From an uncultured archaeon (GTDB lineage: Archaea; Aenigmatarchaeota; Aenigmatarchaeia; QMZP01): DNA of 64,000 bases. A program made the translations under genes and the position numbers. The stretch lies in the NCBI GenBank assembly GCA_964484305.1, contig CAZAEI010000003.1, positions 4,672 through 68,671 on the forward strand, in the 5' to 3' direction. Position 1 is the first letter of the stretch. Each line of letters opens with the position of its first letter. Below, piece after piece: positions 1 through 6,858 of this stretch. The notes beneath the pieces were generated by a model. That model had not been told where the DNA came from, did no database searches, and saw only the letters and a list, made by a program, of their open reading frames with translations.

Positions 1-361
1 CCTTCAGCTCGTTCCGGGCTGCCTCGGGTCTTGTGAACCCCCTTCCCTGGAGCTCATCAGGTACCGAGAGGAAGACCCTGAGCCTCTTGAGGGCCTCGCT
101 GCCCCTGGGCTTCTTGGGAAGCATGCCCCTTATGAACCTCTTGAGGACCTCGTCAGGCCTCCTCGGGTAGAAGGGTCCGTGGTAGGGGTCCCCCCTTTCC
201 ACCTTCTCCCTCATGTTCCTGACCGTGTACCTGGGGTTTCCTGATACCACAGCCTTCTCGGCATTGACAATATATACATGCCTGCCCTTTAAAAGCTCCT
301 TGGCCGCCACCGAGGCGAGCCTCCCTGCAACGCAGTCCTCTGCGTCTATAAACATGTCCAT
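1..361 (-). CDS. rpl13: 50S ribosomal protein L13 (uL13), partial; C-terminus runs off the window
   Basis: Reverse-strand translation from ATG at 361: MDMFIDAEDCVAGRLASVAAKELLKGRHVYIVNAEKAVVSGNPRYTVRNMREKVERGDPYHGPFYPRRPDE..., a typical archaeal L13. It sits downstream of L18e, the conserved archaeal gene order. Not in the ORF track because no stop lies in the window. Confidence 0.9.
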   Translation of the reverse strand, partial: MDMFIDAEDCVAGRLASVAAKELLKGRHVYIVNAEKAVVSGNPRYTVRNMREKVERGDPYHGPFYPRRPDEVLKRFIRGMLPKKPRGSEALKRLRVFLSVPDELQGRGFTRPEAARNELK

Positions 362-374
362 GTAAACACCTTCG

Positions 375-734
375 CTATCCCAGTATCCTTACCCTCTCTC
401 CCCTGGGGTGCTTCTCCACGAGCTCGCTTATCGTGAGGCAGGCCCCGCCGGCCTTCTTTATCTTCTTCTCGGCATCCTCAGAGAACTTCATGGCAGCCAC
501 TGTAACAGGTTTTGTCACATCCCCCGAACCCAGGACAACCCCCGGAACCACAGCCACCTGGCCCTTCTCCAGGTTCCTCTCAAGCAGGTAGAGATTGACC
601 TCGTGCCTTCTCCTGCCGGGCCTGTTCAGGAGCCCTGCCACGGCCTTCCATATCGGGGCCTTGTTCTCAAGGCTGGCCAGGTTCAGCCTCTCTATGGTCT
701 CCCTGAGCACAGGGTTCTTGTCACGCACCTTCAT
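375..734 (-). CDS. rpl18e: 50S ribosomal protein L18e (eL18)
   Basis: 119-aa ORF MKVRDKNPVLRETIERLNLASLENKAPIWKAVAGLLNRPGRRRHEVNL... matches the L18e family pattern; adjacent to L13. Confidence 0.9.
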   Translation of the reverse strand: MKVRDKNPVLRETIERLNLASLENKAPIWKAVAGLLNRPGRRRHEVNLYLLERNLEKGQVAVVPGVVLGSGDVTKPVTVAAMKFSEDAEKKIKKAGGACLTISELVEKHPRGERVRILG

Positions 735-862
735 TTAATCACCTTGATTGCAAAAGACGGCCAGCGGCCGTCAAACGGCTTTAACCATTATTGGTTAACC
801 AATTACTATACAATCTACATAACTGTGTATTTAAATGTTTACAGGGATGCCATGAAAAGATA

Positions 863-1135
863 TGAGGGGGGCCGGAATTCAGCCGCTTTACCGGGAGTAG
901 ACCGGTAGAGGGCACGACTTGCGGACTTGCGTCCGAAGCCCTCTGCGGTTTCGAACCGACGAAGGCATCTCACCCAATCCTCCCTCTCGGGAGGCAGGCA
1001 CTGAGCCACAGGATTTCTCATTATGCATCCGCACTCGATACTCAAGCCGGTTCTTTCCTTCCCGACCCGCCGTATAAGGGAAGGTCGGGCAAGATAGCTT
1101 GAGTCCTGCCCCTTTGACCACTCGGGAACCCCCTC
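863..1135 (-). tRNA. tRNA-Leu(CAA) interrupted by three introns (about 83, 33 and 73 nt)
   Basis: Minus-strand cloverleaf: acceptor GAGGGGG/CCCCCTC+A, D arm CCC-GAGTGGTCAAA-GGG, anticodon arm CAGGA-CTCAAGA-TCCTG, long variable arm TGGCTCAGTGCCTTC, T arm GTCGG-TTCGAAA-CCGGC. It forms only after removing 1015-1097 (position 37/38; BHB central helix CTCA/TGAG), 967-999 (variable arm; central helix CTCA/TGAG) and 873-945 (T arm; inferred from restored T-stem and acceptor pairing, BHB not obvious). Mature length is about 84 nt. Confidence 0.7.
1057..1090 (-). repeat. CCCGACC...GGTCGGG hairpin element, short copy inside the tRNA-Leu anticodon-loop intron
   Basis: Minus-sense GCCCGACCTTCCCTTATACGGCGGGTCGGGAAGG. 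It shares the termini CCCGACCTTCC / GGGTCGGGAAGG with the copies at 3538-3604 and 12824-12892. Confidence 0.6.
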
Positions 1136-1237
1136 ATCCCCGCTTACGAGAGTCTGCCGACTTCTGCAAGCGGGGGAGCAACTAGAAAGATTACCAATTA
1201 ACGGCTTAAAAACGTTTTGTGCCAAGAATCAGAGGCT

Positions 1238-1861
1238 CTAGGTCATTTCCTTGAGCTCGGTCTTTATCTTTTCCATCTGCTCATAGATGCCCTTTACGTA
1301 CTTATCAACGTCGCCCGGTGCGTCTATGTCAAAGTCCTCTATGGCGCTGGCCCTTAGGAGTTTGGAGTCAAGGATTGCTATAATCGTATTGAAATCGTCA
1401 AGGGCCTTGTTTGCTATCGAGATTCCCGTGGTCATCTCCTTCTCTATGTCTGACAGTGCATCCATTGCATCCCTCAGGCTGAGCGAATAGGACTTGAGCT
1501 TCTGAAGGTTCTTCACTATGTCAGTGTACTTGTCTATCTTGATGAATACGGGCGGTGAGCCGTGGATATCCCTGGCCTCCCCCCTTGGCTTGCCCCCTGT
1601 TTCAGGCAGCTTCAGGGGCTCAGCCACACCCCTGGCCTTTGCCTCAGGGGCAGCCGCGGCTGGCGGCGCGGGCTCTTCCTTTACCTCCGGCTTTCTTGGC
1701 GCTGCCGGGGCGGGGAGGTCAATATCAGAAGACGGGGCAGGTGGAACCGGCATCCCGGGAGGCACTGGCATCGCCCTGTCAGGGGCCGGCGGCATCCCGG
1801 CAGGCACCGGGACATCCGGCGCTTTCTTCCTAATCTTGGGCAAATCAATCATCACAACCAC
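1238..1861 (-). CDS. hypothetical protein with Pro/Ala-rich N-terminal half and coiled-coil C-terminal domain
   Basis: 207-aa ORF. The C-terminal part (FIKIDKYTDIVKNLQKLKSYSLSLRDAMDALSDIEKEM...) looks like a real folded domain. The overlapping + strand ORFs are low-complexity. Confidence 0.6.
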   Translation of the reverse strand: MVVMIDLPKIRKKAPDVPVPAGMPPAPDRAMPVPPGMPVPPAPSSDIDLPAPAAPRKPEVKEEPAPPAAAAPEAKARGVAEPLKLPETGGKPRGEARDIHGSPPVFIKIDKYTDIVKNLQKLKSYSLSLRDAMDALSDIEKEMTTGISIANKALDDFNTIIAILDSKLLRASAIEDFDIDAPGDVDKYVKGIYEQMEKIKTELKEMT

Positions 1862-1902
1862 TACAATAATAATTGTTTCCCAACTTATATATGTTTTAAT
1901 AA

Positions 1903-2054
1903 TGCGCCGACCGGGATTCGAATTCCCGAGCCAATCTTTAACCGAGTCAAAGAGGCTTCCCGGGTCACAGGCTTGGAAGGCCTATCCCAATCACAGGCAG
2001 AAGTCTCAGGATTTCCAAGTGACTGTCTGGATCCTACCACTAGACTATCGGCGC
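1903..2054 (-). tRNA. tRNA-Gly(UCC) with two introns (about 45 nt between D arm and anticodon stem; 36 nt at 53/54 in the T arm)
   Basis: Minus strand: GCGCCGA-TA-GTCT-AGTGGTA-GGAT ... A-TAGGC-CTTCCAA-GCCTG-TGAC-CCGGG ... TTCGAAT-CCCGG-TCGGCGC-A. The T-arm intron (1923-1958) has a canonical BHB: central helix CCCG/CGGG, bulges GGA and AAT, inner helix AGCC/GGCT. Boundaries of the first intron (about 1986-2030) are uncertain. Confidence 0.75.
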
Positions 2055-2185
2055 ATTGTTTTGAATATTGAATACACCTATTTAAATCTTGCAAAGCCCG
2101 GAGGGATATCGTCTTGCAGAAGCCCTTTCATGTTTCTTTCGGACGCGTTTCTTGAGGAAGTTGTTAACTCCTGTAAAGAAAGGTG

Positions 2186-2749
2186 TCAGAAGTCGAAGTC
2201 TATTTTCTGCTTCTCAGATGGGCTGGCGCTCTCTGTTGACGGGGCTTCATGTTCCTCAGGGACATCCCTCTCCTCTGGAGGGCTCTCTGCAGGTTTTTGT
2301 TCGGCAGGCCTTTCTGCAGACCCTCCCTTGGGTATGCTGCCCGCTATCTTCTTTGCAATCGAATCCATGCTGGCCTCGTCCTGCTTCTTTATAGGCAGGA
2401 CGCCCTCAAGCCCCAGGCCCTTTTCGGCCTCGGTCCTGGGTATGATGTGGAAGAGTATGTGGGGAACCAGCTGCCCTGCCATCTGGCCGTTGCTCTGGCT
2501 TATGGATATACCCCTTGCGCCCGTGGCCTTCCTCACCCCTATGGCAACCCTCCTGATGGCCTTCACGAGGACGGTGGCATCATCCTCGCTTGCACTGAAG
2601 ATGTCCTCTATGTGCTTCTTTGGAATCACGAGGGTGTGCCCCGGATTCCTGGGGTTGATGTCAAGGAAGGCCAGGTTATGTTCATCCTCATAGACCTTTC
2701 TGATCGGAATCTCACCTTTAACTATCTTACAGAATATACAATCTTCCAT
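2186..2749 (-). CDS. HIT (histidine triad) family nucleotide hydrolase/transferase with acidic Pro/Glu-rich C-terminal tail
   Basis: 187 aa; CIFCKIVKGEIP..., NPRNPGHTLVIPKKH, intact triad VPHILFHIIPR. Confidence 0.85.
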   Translation of the reverse strand: MEDCIFCKIVKGEIPIRKVYEDEHNLAFLDINPRNPGHTLVIPKKHIEDIFSASEDDATVLVKAIRRVAIGVRKATGARGISISQSNGQMAGQLVPHILFHIIPRTEAEKGLGLEGVLPIKKQDEASMDSIAKKIAGSIPKGGSAERPAEQKPAESPPEERDVPEEHEAPSTESASPSEKQKIDFDF

Positions 2750-2753
2750 AAAA

Positions 2754-3194
2754 TCACCTATTTTGGTATTTGGACTTAATCTTTTTAACCATTCCGTCTT
2801 TCTCTTTATCAGGAATCTTCTTGACAGGGAGTATACCCTCGAGGCTTACCGGGTCCTCGCTGGAAAACCTTGGAATCACACGGAACTTTATGTGCTTGAT
2901 GACCTGGCCTGCCGAGGCCCCGCTGCTCTGGGAGATTAACACCCCGTCAGCTTTTGTTCCCCTGAGTATGCCTATCGAGACCTTACGCACTGCCTTGAAG
3001 AGGTGGCATGCCTCCTCCTCGGGGAGGTCCATAATAGTCTCGTGGTGATTGTTTGTTACAACCACTGTGTGGCCGGGGTTCCTGGGATTGATGTCCAGAA
3101 AGGCAGTGGTCCACTTGTCCTGGTAGACCTTCTTGGCCTTTATAACACCCTTCACTATCCCGCAGAATATGCAGTCCCTTACACTCGTGGCCAT
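2754..3194 (-). CDS. HIT-like paralogue with degenerate histidine triad
   Basis: 146 aa; CIFCGIVKG..., NPRNPGHTVVVTNNH. The triad position reads VIKHIKFRVIPR (H-x-K-x-R instead of H-x-H-x-H). Confidence 0.8.
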   Translation of the reverse strand: MATSVRDCIFCGIVKGVIKAKKVYQDKWTTAFLDINPRNPGHTVVVTNNHHETIMDLPEEEACHLFKAVRKVSIGILRGTKADGVLISQSSGASAGQVIKHIKFRVIPRFSSEDPVSLEGILPVKKIPDKEKDGMVKKIKSKYQNR

Positions 3195-3236
3195 TGCAAC
3201 CCTTGTGTTAATAATTGCAGGGCATTATTTAAATAA

Positions 3237-3398
3237 TGGGGCCACCCGGATTTGAACCGGGGTCGGCGGCTCTTCATGAACCCGTCTCTTTCGGAAGCGA
3301 GCGGAACGCAGTGAAGCGAAGCTCCTTTTCCGTGAACGCTTTTCTGAAAAAGGGTTCTCCCAAAGCCGCAATGCTAGACCAAGCTACACCATGGCCCC
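3237..3398 (-). tRNA. tRNA-Pro(UGG) with 87-nt intron at 37/38
   Basis: Minus strand: GGGGCCA-TG-GTGT-AGCTTGGTCTA-GCAT-T-GCGGC-TTTGGG[intron 3272-3358]A-GCCGC-CGAC-CCCGG-TTCAAAT-CCGGG-TGGCCCC-A. BHB geometry is kept: 7 nt on each strand between the anticodon stem and the intron helix GAACCC/GGGTTC. The central helix itself is weak. Confidence 0.8.
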
Positions 3399-3461
3399 GT
3401 TACCTTTCACCCGACTTGGCTGTGCGGTGTAAGTCGGGCAACATCCTTTGTATATTCTGGG
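3387..3461 (-). repeat. tRNA-Pro 5' end + leader hairpin + promoter-like box (unit 1 of a local duplication)
   Basis: acaccatggccccgttaccttt ... hairpin cccgactt/aagtcggg (3408-3440) ... ctttgtatattctgg. Repeated at 3517-3625. Confidence 0.7.
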
Positions 3462-3516
3462 AATTTGGCTTAAGCCTTTGTCTTTGTGGAAGGACTTGTC
3501 CTCCTGTAAAGGCTTA

Positions 3517-3625
3517 ACACCATGGCCCCATTACCTTTCCTTCCCGACCCAACTTGTCTGCCTGTGCCGGAGGCACAGGACTGGACTGGTTCGGAAGGTC
3601 GGGTGAATGCTTTGTATATTCTGGA
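3517..3625 (-). repeat. Duplicate of the tRNA-Pro promoter/leader plus the first 13 nt of the tRNA (unit 2), carrying the long hairpin element
   Basis: acaccatggccccattaccttt and gctttgtatattctgg match unit 1. The hairpin core is replaced by the 67-nt element 3538-3604. No full tRNA follows the 13-nt GGGGCCATGGTGT fragment. Confidence 0.65.
3538..3604 (-). repeat. CCCGACC...GGTCGGG hairpin element, long copy
   Basis: Reverse complement is about 90% identical to 12824-12892. Inner stem CCTGTGCC/GGCACAGG is conserved while the loop differs (TCC vs GAG). Confidence 0.7.
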
Positions 3626-3665
3626 ACAGGTATTTAAATCAAAAACCTGTCTATTATCACAACAG

Positions 3666-3862
3666 GCCTCGGTAGCTCAGTTGGGTAGAGCGATTAGACA
3701 GGATGTCTCGTAAGCCTCGTAACTGGGCGGGAAAGCAATAGGTCGAGGGTTCGACATGACCCCTTTTCAAGAAAAAGCGTCAACGGAAAAAGGAGGCTAC
3801 TCCACTTCGTTTCGTTACGCCTTCCAAATGAAAAACGGTTCAAGGGAATCCCTCCCGGGGCT
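3666..3862 (+). tRNA. tRNA-Thr(CGU) with three introns (18, 12 and 93 nt)
   Basis: GCCTCGG-TA-GCTC-AGTTGGGTA-GAGC-G-ATT[3696-3713]GC-CTCGTAA[3723-3734]GCAAT-AGGTC-GAGGG-TTCGA[3755-3847]AT-CCCTC-CCGGGGC-T. Removing the two mini-introns creates a perfect anticodon arm ATTGC-CTCGTAA-GCAAT. Intron 1 fits BHB (central helix GCGA/TCGT, inner GAC/GTC) and so does intron 2 (central helix CTCG/CGGG). Mature length 74 nt. Confidence 0.75.
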
Positions 3863-3867
3863 TTTAT
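3850..3867 (+). repeat. att-like core = 3' end of tRNA-Thr (first copy)
   Basis: ccctcccggggctt (3850-3863) recurs at 4843-4856. ctcccggggcttttat (3852-3867) recurs at 5740-5755. Confidence 0.7.
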
Positions 3868-4277
3868 TTTTCCAACAAATCAGATACAAAAGACCTCAGG
3901 TTTTTTATCCTTGATATGACGGTATTAGCTTCTTCTGCGGATATGGATTTTCCATAGTAGTTAAGTGCATTCCTCACTTTTCTGACATCATCAAATTCGT
4001 CTCCCTTTCTACTTTCTCTTATAATCTCTTTCAGAAAAGCAGTATAACATTCATGGTTGTATACCTTGTATCCTTTTTTAAGAGCAAGAGCCTCCAGAAG
4101 TTCCCGTAACGAATCATAAGCCAGGGAAAGCTTAGAAGCCGCTGTTATATCACTCATGTCGAGCCTGCTTTCAGATTCCAGTTTGTTTCTGCTTGATATG
4201 ATTAAGGACTTTATGAAATTCATATCAGGCTTCACACCTTTAACTATCCCTTTATTGTTACATTCCTCCCAGTCCAT
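3864..4277 (-). CDS. HEPN domain protein (putative toxin of an MNT-HEPN pair)
   Basis: 137 aa, all-alpha; C-terminal VRKVRNALNYYG motif in the position of the HEPN Rx4-6H motif. Its start abuts the stop of the nucleotidyltransferase gene. Confidence 0.7.
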   Translation of the reverse strand: MDWEECNNKGIVKGVKPDMNFIKSLIISSRNKLESESRLDMSDITAASKLSLAYDSLRELLEALALKKGYKVYNHECYTAFLKEIIRESRKGDEFDDVRKVRNALNYYGKSISAEEANTVISRIKNLRSFVSDLLEK

Positions 4278-4787
4278 CTATATCGATGCTCCTCCTACCA
4301 ATACATACCCATTCAGTATATTATTTGCAAGTTCCTTGTTTTTCACATTTGTGATTGATTCAAACCAGAATATCTGTATTTTCCTTTTTATTTTCTTCTC
4401 AAATGTCTCTATATTTAATTCTTTTTCATGTGCAAAAACAGCCAGATCCACGTCAGATTCTCGCCTCACTTCAGCCTTTGAAAGAGAACCAAACAGAATT
4501 ATTGCTGGGCTCGTAAGCTTCTTTTCCATGTAAGCTGTTGTTTCTTTCAGCTTATACCTCCAATATATTCTTGACAAATCAATGAAATCTTTACTTTCCT
4601 TGTTTGCATAGAATAATATGAGATTTTTGTAAATCTTCTTTTGCAGAAGATTTTCAGCACGGTAAGAAGCCAGCAGCTTGGATGCTGTTGGGGGTGATAT
4701 GTGTATAATCTTGGCATATTCCCTTACATTAATCCTTCTGTAGCAATCCTCAAAAAATGGCCTTAATTCGTTAATTATCCTTATCAT
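4278..4787 (-). CDS. wHTH + minimal nucleotidyltransferase (MNT) domain protein (putative antitoxin)
   Basis: 169 aa; FGSLSKAEVRRESDVDLAVF is the GSx(n)DxD pol-beta-type NTase motif. The N-terminal part looks like an HTH (YAKIIHISPPTASKLL). Confidence 0.8.
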   Translation of the reverse strand: MIRIINELRPFFEDCYRRINVREYAKIIHISPPTASKLLASYRAENLLQKKIYKNLILFYANKESKDFIDLSRIYWRYKLKETTAYMEKKLTSPAIILFGSLSKAEVRRESDVDLAVFAHEKELNIETFEKKIKRKIQIFWFESITNVKNKELANNILNGYVLVGGASI

Positions 4788-4842
4788 GTGTTAAATATTG
4801 TTTACAGTTGTTTAAATAATTTAACGTTGCTCCTCTCTTAGA

Positions 4843-4856
4843 CCCTCCCGGGGCTT
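4843..4856 (+). repeat. att-like direct repeat (second copy of tRNA-Thr 3' end)
   Basis: ccctcccggggctt is identical to 3850-3863. Confidence 0.65.
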
Positions 4857-5060
4857 CAGTCCAACTTGTCCACATTAGGAGAAGTGATAGATATAGTTGG
4901 ATTCAGAATTTATAAACTATAAACATAATTCGGCTTTGCTCACATATTCGTTTCTGCTCACAAATTAGTCCTGTTTGTCGGTTCCTTCCTTTTAGTTGTG
5001 CAATAAGAAGTGCTGGTCCTTATCCGATTGCTGACCAAGTAGGTGATCATAAAAACCTAC

Positions 5061-5282
5061 CTACTTCTTCTCTTTATACTTTATTCCAAACCACGTTGCA
5101 ACAGCAGTTACGACTACTATGATAACCGTTAAAGTTGGCTGGCTTAATGGATGAAGTATCTCATTAATGATTATTACCAGACCTTCAACCAATACAGCGA
5201 GCGTAGCTAATGCTGCTGTTGATAAGCCATATATTTTTGACATAATAATAATTGAAGTTCTATTATAAATAGATTTATTCAC
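5061..5282 (-). CDS. small two-TM membrane protein, hypothetical
   Basis: 73-aa ORF with two hydrophobic helices, inside the AT-rich island and flanked by imperfect direct repeats. Confidence 0.4.
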   Translation of the reverse strand: MNKSIYNRTSIIIMSKIYGLSTAALATLAVLVEGLVIIINEILHPLSQPTLTVIIVVVTAVATWFGIKYKEKK

Positions 5283-5739
5283 CGAGTCGTTTGCTCATAA
5301 ATCAACAATCTGCTCACAAATTGGGGAATTATCGGTCATTCTTGAGCAAAGCTACATAATTCGGTTACTTGCTCAACGCATTACCAACGGTTTCCAGGTA
5401 ATCTATTGTGATATTTATCGTCTGATAGGGATCTTTCGGATTCAAAGTGATATCCATAGGGAAAACAGGCATTGTGGCATAACCAGGCAGTTCATAAACA
5501 GAACAAGTGCCATCCCACATGCATATTTTTTCCAGTTAAAAAAGTTAAAAGATACTGGAGAATATTCTTCCAGAGAGTCAACCGAGACATTCAATATGGT
5601 TTCTGGCATCACTTTTAGTCTGATTTCTTTCGGGGCAAAAAATCTTCCGTTAAAAAGCTTGTTTTCATTCATCTGATCAGAACCTACCATCAGATTATAG
5701 TAACAAAAGCCACAAATATAGACAGAACAGTTCAGTGCT

Positions 5740-5755
5740 CTCCCGGGGCTTTTAT
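5740..5755 (+). repeat. att-like direct repeat (third copy of tRNA-Thr 3' end)
   Basis: ctcccggggcttttat is identical to 3852-3867; GC content recovers just downstream. Confidence 0.65.
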
Positions 5756-5799
5756 CATTAAACCAACCATTAAATACCAGGAACTGCAAGATTCTATTC

Positions 5800-6078
5800 A
5801 TGAAGACAGAGCTGTTGGTTAAACCTCCCCGCAGCAGGCTGCTAAAGGCCCGCAGGGTAATCCTTTCTCCCGGAGAGGAAGTGGGCGAGCACAAGACAGA
5901 GGAAAGAGAGGAACTGATAATTGTATTAAGCGGGACAGCCAGCCTTCTGAAGGGAGATGATGTCATTGAGCTGAATGAGGGGGAGGCTCATTTCATTGAG
6001 GAGGGCCTGACGCACAATGTCAGGAACAATTCCGGCAGGGTGCTGGAATATATATATGCGGCTGGCCTCTTCGGTTGA
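5800..6078 (+). CDS. cupin domain protein
   Basis: 92 aa; GEEVGEHKTEEREELIIVLSGTASLLKGDDVIELNEGEAHFIEEGLTHNVRN fits the two-motif cupin beta-barrel pattern. Confidence 0.7.
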   Translation: MKTELLVKPPRSRLLKARRVILSPGEEVGEHKTEEREELIIVLSGTASLLKGDDVIELNEGEAHFIEEGLTHNVRNNSGRVLEYIYAAGLFG

Positions 6079-6080
6079 GG

Positions 6081-6764
6081 TCACTTCTGGCCCTTGAAGG
6101 CGATTCCGGGCAAGCTTTTTACAGTGCCTTGGTCAGCATCGACCAGTATGGTGTCCCCGGTTTTTATCAGGCTGGTTGCGTTGCCTGTCCCCACAACAGC
6201 GGGCAGGCCCCTCTCCCTGGCCAGTATCGCGAGGTGGGAGAGCCTGCCCCCCTGGTCTGTCACCACGGCCCTGGCACTGCCGAGGTACCCGGCCGCTTCA
6301 GAACCAGCATGCTCCATGACTATTATGCTCTCAGGCGGGGCCTTATCGATCGGGCTGTCCCCGGACACGACATATGCTGTCCCACTCACCCTTCCGCCGG
6401 CCACAGGGTGCCCGCTCACCCCGCTCTCATCCCCGGGCCTGCGGGCCTTGTACTCATCATCCTTCATGTGCTCTATTGCATATCTGAATACCTTCTCGAA
6501 GTCCATGTCCCTGACCTTCATCAGCAGGAGAAGCTGAACCAGGGCCTGGCCATAGGCCGCGGTCTCACCTGATTTGGACATGCCTTTAACATACCTGGTC
6601 TCGGGCTGGTGCCTCTTGTCGTGGTAGATGAACTTGGCCAGGTCAAGCTGGCCCACAAGCACGGCGAGCCTGAAGAGGTCGTTCTGGTGGAGCTGCCTCT
6701 TGAGTATCTCTATGACCTCCTCCTCGAGCTCCTTCACGGTCATTGATGAATAATCCCTGGCCAT
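6081..6764 (-). CDS. two-domain protein: N-terminal all-alpha (MazG-like?) domain + C-terminal PEP-utilising-enzyme mobile (phosphohistidine swivel) domain
   Basis: 227 aa. C-terminal GSARAVVTDQGGRLSHLAILARERGLPAVVG is the classic PEP-utiliser phosphohistidine motif. Confidence 0.8.
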   Translation of the reverse strand: MARDYSSMTVKELEEEVIEILKRQLHQNDLFRLAVLVGQLDLAKFIYHDKRHQPETRYVKGMSKSGETAAYGQALVQLLLLMKVRDMDFEKVFRYAIEHMKDDEYKARRPGDESGVSGHPVAGGRVSGTAYVVSGDSPIDKAPPESIIVMEHAGSEAAGYLGSARAVVTDQGGRLSHLAILARERGLPAVVGTGNATSLIKTGDTILVDADQGTVKSLPGIAFKGQK

Positions 6765-6858
6765 TGTGAATATTTGCAGGGTCTTTTTATAAACCTTCAG
6801 CCACCCTGACCGGGTAACGGCCTTCAGGTTTTAATAGCACGGGTGCCAATTATATTGC

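Larger units (their letters stand above)
3863..5755. mobile_element. AT-rich integrated-element remnant(s) inserted at the tRNA-Thr 3' end; no integrase gene visible
   Basis: Sharp drop in GC immediately after the tRNA. Bounded and subdivided by three direct copies of the tRNA 3' end. Cargo: HEPN/nucleotidyltransferase pair and a small membrane ORF. Confidence 0.5.

Noticed and set aside
1518-2693. 391-aa plus-strand ORF (and nested ORFs 1555-1833, 1562-2071)
   Set aside because: The product is low-complexity (Gly/Ser/Ala/Leu runs). The ORF is antisense to the 1238-1861 gene and to the HIT gene, and it reads straight through the tRNA-Gly locus. This is a typical GC-rich shadow ORF.
5442-5966. 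174-aa minus-strand ORF spanning the island boundary
   Set aside because: It overlaps the cupin gene (5800-6078) in antisense and crosses the att-like repeat at 5740-5755. The product is Ser/Leu-rich with no motif. At most a short AT-rich internal piece (around 5442-5672) could be real, and I cannot support that.
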